This document shows, one piece after another, positions 58,177 to 64,000 of a DNA stretch of 64,000 nucleotides. Source of the stretch: Squalus acanthias (Eukaryota); the NCBI GenBank assembly GCA_030390025.1, contig CM059432.1, positions 88,166,001 through 88,230,000 of the forward strand, given 5' to 3'. Below the pieces are notes generated by a model that was given only the letters and a program-made list of their open reading frames with translations, was not told the origin of the DNA and did not search any database. Each line of letters opens with the position of its first letter. Position 1 is the stretch's first letter. The position numbers and the translations under genes are program-made.

Positions 58177-61100
58177 ATAGGGTCATAACGGCACAGAAGG
58201 AGGCCATTCGGCCCATCGAGTCCATGCCGGCTCTCTAGAGCAATCCAGTCAGTCCCATTCCCTCACTTTATCCCTGTAGCCCTGCAAGTGTATTTCCCTC
58301 AAGTGCCTATCCAGTCTCCCCTTAAAAACATTGAGTGTCTCCGCTTCCACCACTTCCGTCGGCAGCAAATTCCAGGTCATCACCACTCGCTGCGTAAAAT
58401 TTTTTTTCCTCGCATCCCCCCTGTATCTCTTGCCCAAAACCTTAAATCTGTGTCCCCTAATCCTTGTACCATCAACTAGTGGGAACAGCCTTTCCCCGTC
58501 TAGCCTATCCAAACCCGTCATAATATTGTACACCTCTATCAAATCACCCCTCAACCTCCTTTGCGCTAATGAAAACAAATCCAGCTTCTCCAACCTGTCC
58601 TTGTAGGTAAGATTCCCCCATCCCTGGAACCATTCTGGTAAATCTCCTCTGCATCCTCTCAAGGGCCTTCATATCCTTCCTAAATTGTGGTGACCAGAAC
58701 TGGACGCAATACTCCAGTTGTGGCCTAACCAGTGCTTTATAAAGGTTCAGCATAACTTCTCTACTTTTGTACTCAATGCCTCTATTTATGAAGCCCAAGA
58801 TCCCATATATTTTGTTAACCACTCTCTAAATATGTCCTGCCACCTTCAGGGACCTATGCACATTAACCCCCAGGACCCTCTGTCCCTGCACACTCTTTAA
58901 AACTGTGCCATTAAGTGTATATTGCCTCTCCCTGTTCCTTCTGCCAAAATGCATCACCTCACACTTCTCTGTATTAAATTCCATCTGCCACTTGTCTGCC
59001 CATTCTGCTAGCCTTTCTATGTCCTATTGCAGTCGATTGGTATCATCATCACTGTTTGCCACACCCTCAAGTTTGGTATCATTGGCAAATTTAGAAATTC
59101 TACTCTGTATTCCAATATCCAGGTCATTTATATATATCAAAAAAAGCAGGGGCCCCAGCACTGACCCTTGGGGAACACCACTGTCTACCATCCTCCAGTC
59201 TGAAAAACAACCATTTACCACAACTCGCTGTTTTCTGTTCTTAAGCCAATTCCTTATCCAAGCTGTCACTGACCCACCTATTCCATGAGCCTCAATTTTG
59301 TTAACCAGCCTTCTATGTGGTACTTTGTCAAACGCCTTCCGAAAATCCATGTAGACAACATCCATTGCATTCCCTTCATCAATCCGTTCTGTTACTTCAT
59401 CAGAAAATTCAATTAGATTAGTCAAACACGATCTGCCTTTTACAAACCCGTGTTGGCTATGCTTAATTAGCTTAAACCTCTCCAAGTGCCCGTTAATTTT
59501 TTCCTTGATTATTGTTTCTAAAACTTTACCCACCACTGGTGTTAAATTGACTGGCCTGTAGTTACTAGGATTATCCTTATACCCTTTCTTGAACAATGGT
59601 GTCATATTTGCCACTTTCCAATCCTCAGGCACCTCCCCCGCATCTAGGGAAGATTGGAAAATTATGGCAAGCCCTTCAGCTTTCTCCTCCCCCAATTCCC
59701 TTAGAAACCTGGGATGCAAGCCATCTGGACCAGGCGACTTGTCCACTCTAAGCATACCCAGCCTTTCTAGTACATCCTGTCTATCAATTTTCACCCCTTC
59801 CATTGCTTCTACCTTTTCCACTTCTACCGATATTTTGTCAGCATCCACCTCCTTAGTAAACACAGATACAAAGTACTCATTGAGTATTCTTGCCTTGCCC
59901 TGCGCCTCTAAGCATATATCACCTTCTTTGTCTCTAATAGGCCCCACCCTGCCTCTTACTACCCGCTTACTGTTTACATGTACACATTACATACAGAAGA
60001 TTTTTGGGTTCCCTTTTATGTTAACCGCCATTCTACTCTCATATTCTCTCTTTGCCAATCTTATTTTCATCTTCACTTCCCCTCTCAACTTATTGGGCCG
60101 TATTTTCCGATCGGAGGCTTCCTGCGTGCGGAGGCCTCCGATCTGGAAAAAATCTTACGACTTACCTGAGGGCTCCCGAGGTGTGTATACTTCCGCTCCT
60201 GGGCCTCTCCAACTCGAAACGTGCAGGGCCCAAGTATCCCAGAGGCGCATGCAGTTCGCAAGCGTCCCTGGGATCATGTGAGCAATGGGGAGCCAATAGG
60301 AGAAGGGAATCTCCCTTCATACACCTAACAGATAGACCTGTCAAATATATGAATGGAGATCAACCCAAAAACACCGTAAAACATTAAATAATTTTTTTTT
60401 TTAAATCACGTTTTTAAAATGAGTTGAAATTACAATAAATTAAATATTTTAAACAAAAATTTAATTTTTTGAAAAAAATAATTAAAGTTTTTTACGGGGC
60501 TAAAAATAAACTTACCTTTTTCTAAAGTATTTTTAAATGATAAATGAGTGAAATTTTTTTTTTTTTCACTTTTTTCAAATCTTATGCTGGTAAAAGCAGG
60601 CCTTACACCTGTTTTTACCAGGCGTAAGATTTCTAAGGGTTTTCTGCGGGCAGAGGTTCTCCAGAAAGCGGAAGTATCCACCTGCAGAGGCCCTTCTCTA
60701 GGGCAGGCGTCCGATCTGTCAAGAGCATTCTTGACAGATCAGAAATGCCAGTTTTCAGCGCATGCGCTTGGCATGCCTGAAACAGGCATTTCCAATGTCC
60801 CTACGGGTGTGTACACAGTGTGTACACACCTGTAGGGATCGGAATATACAGCCCATTGTATTTGGTCCGGTTCTCCCTTGAAGAATTCACCTGACATGCA
60901 TCATACACCCTCTTTTTTTGTTTCATCATTCTCTATCTCCCTCATCATCCAAGGAGCCCTTGCTTTGGTTCCCTTACCCTTCCTTCTTGTTGGAATGTAC
61001 CTAGCCTGTACTTGGAACATCTCCTCCTTAAAGATCACCCATTGTTCCATTACAGTTTTTCCTGCCAGTCTTTGGTTCCATTTTACCCTGGCTAGATCCT

Positions 61101-61688
61101 TTCGCATCCCATTGAAGTTAGCCCTATTCCAGTTTAGAAGTTCCACTCTAGATTGTTCCTTGCTCCTCTCCATTGCTAATCTAAATCTTATGATACGATG
61201 ATCACTCGTACCCAAGTGTTCTCCCACAGACACTTGGTCGACCTGGCCCACCTCATTCCCCAGCACTAGATCCAGCAATGCCTCCTTCCTAGTTGGGTCA
61301 AGAACATATTGGTCAAGAAAATTCTTCTGAACACATTTCAGAAATTCCTCCCCCTCCTTTCCCTTTACCCTAGCATTATCCCAATTTGGGATATTTGGGT
61401 AAGTAAAGTCCCCAAAATCACCACTCTATAGCTCTTGCATATCTCTGCGATTTCCCTGCAGATTTGCTGCTCTACCTCCCTCTCACTATTTGGAGGCCTA
61501 TAGAATACCCCCAATAGCGTGATCATACCCTTTTTGCTCCTCAACTCTAACCAAATGGATTCTGTCCTTGTCCCCTCAAGAACATCCTCCCTTTCCAACA
61601 CTACAATGTCTTCCTTAATCAGCACTGCCATCCCACGTCCCTTTTTCCTTCCCTATCTTTTCTGAACACCTTGTACCCTTGAATATTG
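58177..61688 (-). mobile_element. CR1 LINE, most of ORF2 (disabled), with a MITE insertion
   Basis: ESIWLEL, GVFYRPP, LDLVL, SDH, SPGPDG, MDFRKAFDKVPH, LEYCVQFWSP; tail remnant at 57321-57332. Confidence 0.92.
60095..60854. mobile_element. Harbinger-type MITE, same family as 49459-50217
   Basis: TIRs GGGCCGTATTTTCCGATC and GATCGGAATATACAGCCC; TSD ATT; interrupts CR1 ORF2. Confidence 0.92.
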
Positions 61689-61689
61689 T

Positions 61690-64000
61690 CACAGTGTCAC
61701 AGGCCAGTGCTATTTGCCTGTGCCCGCTGAAAGTAGTCCAGGCAGCGCGCAAATTTCGTGTTGCCTTCCCATTATAATGAATGGAACGCTGATCTCAGCA
61801 CTAAACGTTCTGTTGATTGGCTTAGCGCTGAACAGGTGGGCCAATATCGGGTACAGTCTAATGGCCAGTAATGTTTGGCCTAGACTCTCTCCACTACTTA
61901 AAAGAGAGGTACTTTGTTGCAGCAGCACCTCATTGTCAGTCAGGCTGAAGACATGGCTCAGCAACCTAGAGAGAGAGCGCGAAGATTCTCAGATGCTGCA
62001 CTCGAGGCCTTGGTCGTGGCCATTCAAAGAAGGCAGGCTGTACTTTTCCCGTAGGGTGGCAGGAAGCCATCCAAGGCTACTTGCAGAAGGCTCTGGGAGG
62101 AGATAGCTAACTCCGTCACGGCCACCAGTGTGGTCCCAAAGGCGTGGATCCAATGCTGAAAGAAGTTTAATGACCTCACACGGCAGGTCAAGGTGAGTGA
62201 AGGCTTCAGCAAATGCCATATCCCACCATCTGCACCACAAGCCTCACACACTGCTCAATGCACCGCATCCCCATCACTCACCTACCAACAATCTCTATCA
62301 CCACCCCTACCTCATAATCATTGCTTCACTTCACCCTCAAAACCTTACCACTGCTACAACACTCACACCCACATCTCACACCTTGCACACACTGACAGCT
62401 ATTCAACTATGGCAGGCACATCACCCAAACACATTGAACTACACTCACTGACACACTTCCCTTTCTCTTTCAAGCCAAGCTGGCACACAACCGGAGAGAG
62501 CAGCAGCTGATGGGAGGCGGCCAAGCCGCTATACAGAACCTCAGCCACCTGGTGGAAACCTTGCTCGACATCATTGGAGGGGCAGTGAGTGACCAAGGCC
62601 GTGGCACAGGAGAAGTTGAAACCGTTGCTGATGTTGACGGTATTCTCATACCTAATCCTTCTTCTCACATCCACTTCCTCCTCATCCCACAATCTCTTCT
62701 CACTGACAAGCTGCTGATGGTGTATGCATGGATATCTTGCTTTCCCCCCTCCCCTCACCACAACCCGACCCTTGTGCCTTGTGCCTTTCTGCTTTCAGAT
62801 ACCCAAGAAGTGCCACCAGCACAGCCTGTCGCTGATGTTGTGGAGGAGAGTGATGCAGGAGAAGAATGCATCTCACTCTTGCAGACACCAGCTCAGAAAA
62901 TGGCACTGCGCAGAATGTAGCGGGTAGTATAGAGGTGGGATCTGCACATGATGAGGCACCGGGCACAAGTGGGCTGCAGCAAGGCCAGGGGGAAAGTGTA
63001 GCTCGGGGACCAGCTCCCCAGAGGGCGAGTTCGCGCATGAGTTCTGCTGCACAGGACTCAGATGATGACCTTGATGGAGTGGCCTACAGATGAAGTTGTG
63101 ATGCGCATTCACAGGGAACTGTTAGGTGCAATGCCAAGTCTGCCAGACAGCCACTAGCAAGGAGCATAGAGGAGTCCGGCTCCAACATTGCACGGGCTTT
63201 GCGCAGAGCTTGGAGCCCATGATTTCCAGGATGGAAATGATGGACAACTCCAGGAGAGACCTTGTGGACCCAGCCATGATGCTGGGTGTGATGGGCGATG
63301 TCACGGCTTCTATTGCAGCACAAGCGGAAGCGACCCAATGTCTCAGTGCTGCAGTGGAAGCTCACACTGCTCTCATGCTAGCTCAGCTTGCTGCCACTCA
63401 AGCTCAGACTGCAGCCATCGTGGGTGGGATTGCGAGTGTCGAAAGGGGCTTGCAGGGTGTCACAGAAGTCCAGCAATCTGTTCTCCAACAGATTTCAAGA
63501 AATGCTGAGACGCCAACCCGGGGGAGTGGCAGTGGGTTTGTAGAGCAAGAACCTGCTGTCCTCTCTCAGGATGACAGCATTCCTACTCCCACCACTGTCA
63601 CTGCGGCATTGCCATTGCCGCTGCCTATCAGCCAGCCAGCCCAGACTGCTGCTGCCAATGCCGAGGTGGTGCAGTCTACAGCCGGGCCCTTCTAGGTCTA
63701 CAGCTGGTCGAGGCTGCAGCCACTGGGGGAGCACTGCATAGGAGCACTAGAGTAAGAAAAGGCACACGAATGACACGCACGAAGGGATTACACAAGAGTG
63801 ATTATTTGATTCGTTGAAATTGTAATGTTGATTGGATTCTGATAAATTTATGAATTTTGTTTGGAATGTGTGTTTGTGGTGGCTCTCATTTCAGCTTTGT
63901 GCCCAGGAGGACGCTGTGATGTTCCGTAACAGAGGGATGGTATGATGGGGAAGTGGTGAGCAATGAGGATCTGGGGTTTCATTCCCTGGAATTGGAGTCT
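61690..64000. mobile_element. Harbinger copy G (partial; runs off the window, left TIR not seen)
   Basis: Contains a three-exon Myb gene homologous to those of A and E. Confidence 0.8.
61953..63773 (+). pseudogene. Harbinger Myb/SANT-like gene G, disabled
   Basis: MAQQPRERARRFSDAALEALV...QC*KKFNDL; donor at 62193; exon 3 starts near 62800; PAVLSQDDSIP and EVVQSTAGP match A and E. Confidence 0.85.

Overview
This is eukaryotic, repeat-dense DNA. The SINE/LINE repertoire (CR1 with SGNH-esterase ORF1, L2, a DeuSINE/SacSINE1-like element, Penelope-like fragments) points to a cartilaginous fish, most likely a shark; that assignment is inference. I found no host gene exon, rRNA, genuine tRNA or CRISPR array. 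The window is dominated by a PIF/Harbinger DNA-transposon landscape. It has two full-length two-gene elements (2446-6567, 39088-43485), each with TIRs, a 3-bp TSD, a three-exon Myb/SANT gene and a convergent DDE transposase; the second has an intact 386-aa transposase ORF. It also has an internal-deletion derivative, four older or partial copies and several MITEs. These are nested with CR1, L2 and other LINE fragments, SINEs, a 1.37-kb solo LTR inside a transposase, Gypsy and L1 relics, Penelope-like fragments carrying hammerhead-ribozyme cores, and two large minisatellites (21-bp and 14-bp units). The most interesting signals are: a conserved CRE-TATA transposase promoter, a shared target-site consensus, candidate Myb-binding subterminal motifs, tandem arrays arising inside Harbinger elements, and a tRNA-headed SINE built from the 5' and 3' ends of a LINE also present here. 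Family names are from motif recognition only, and boundaries without a TSD are approximate.
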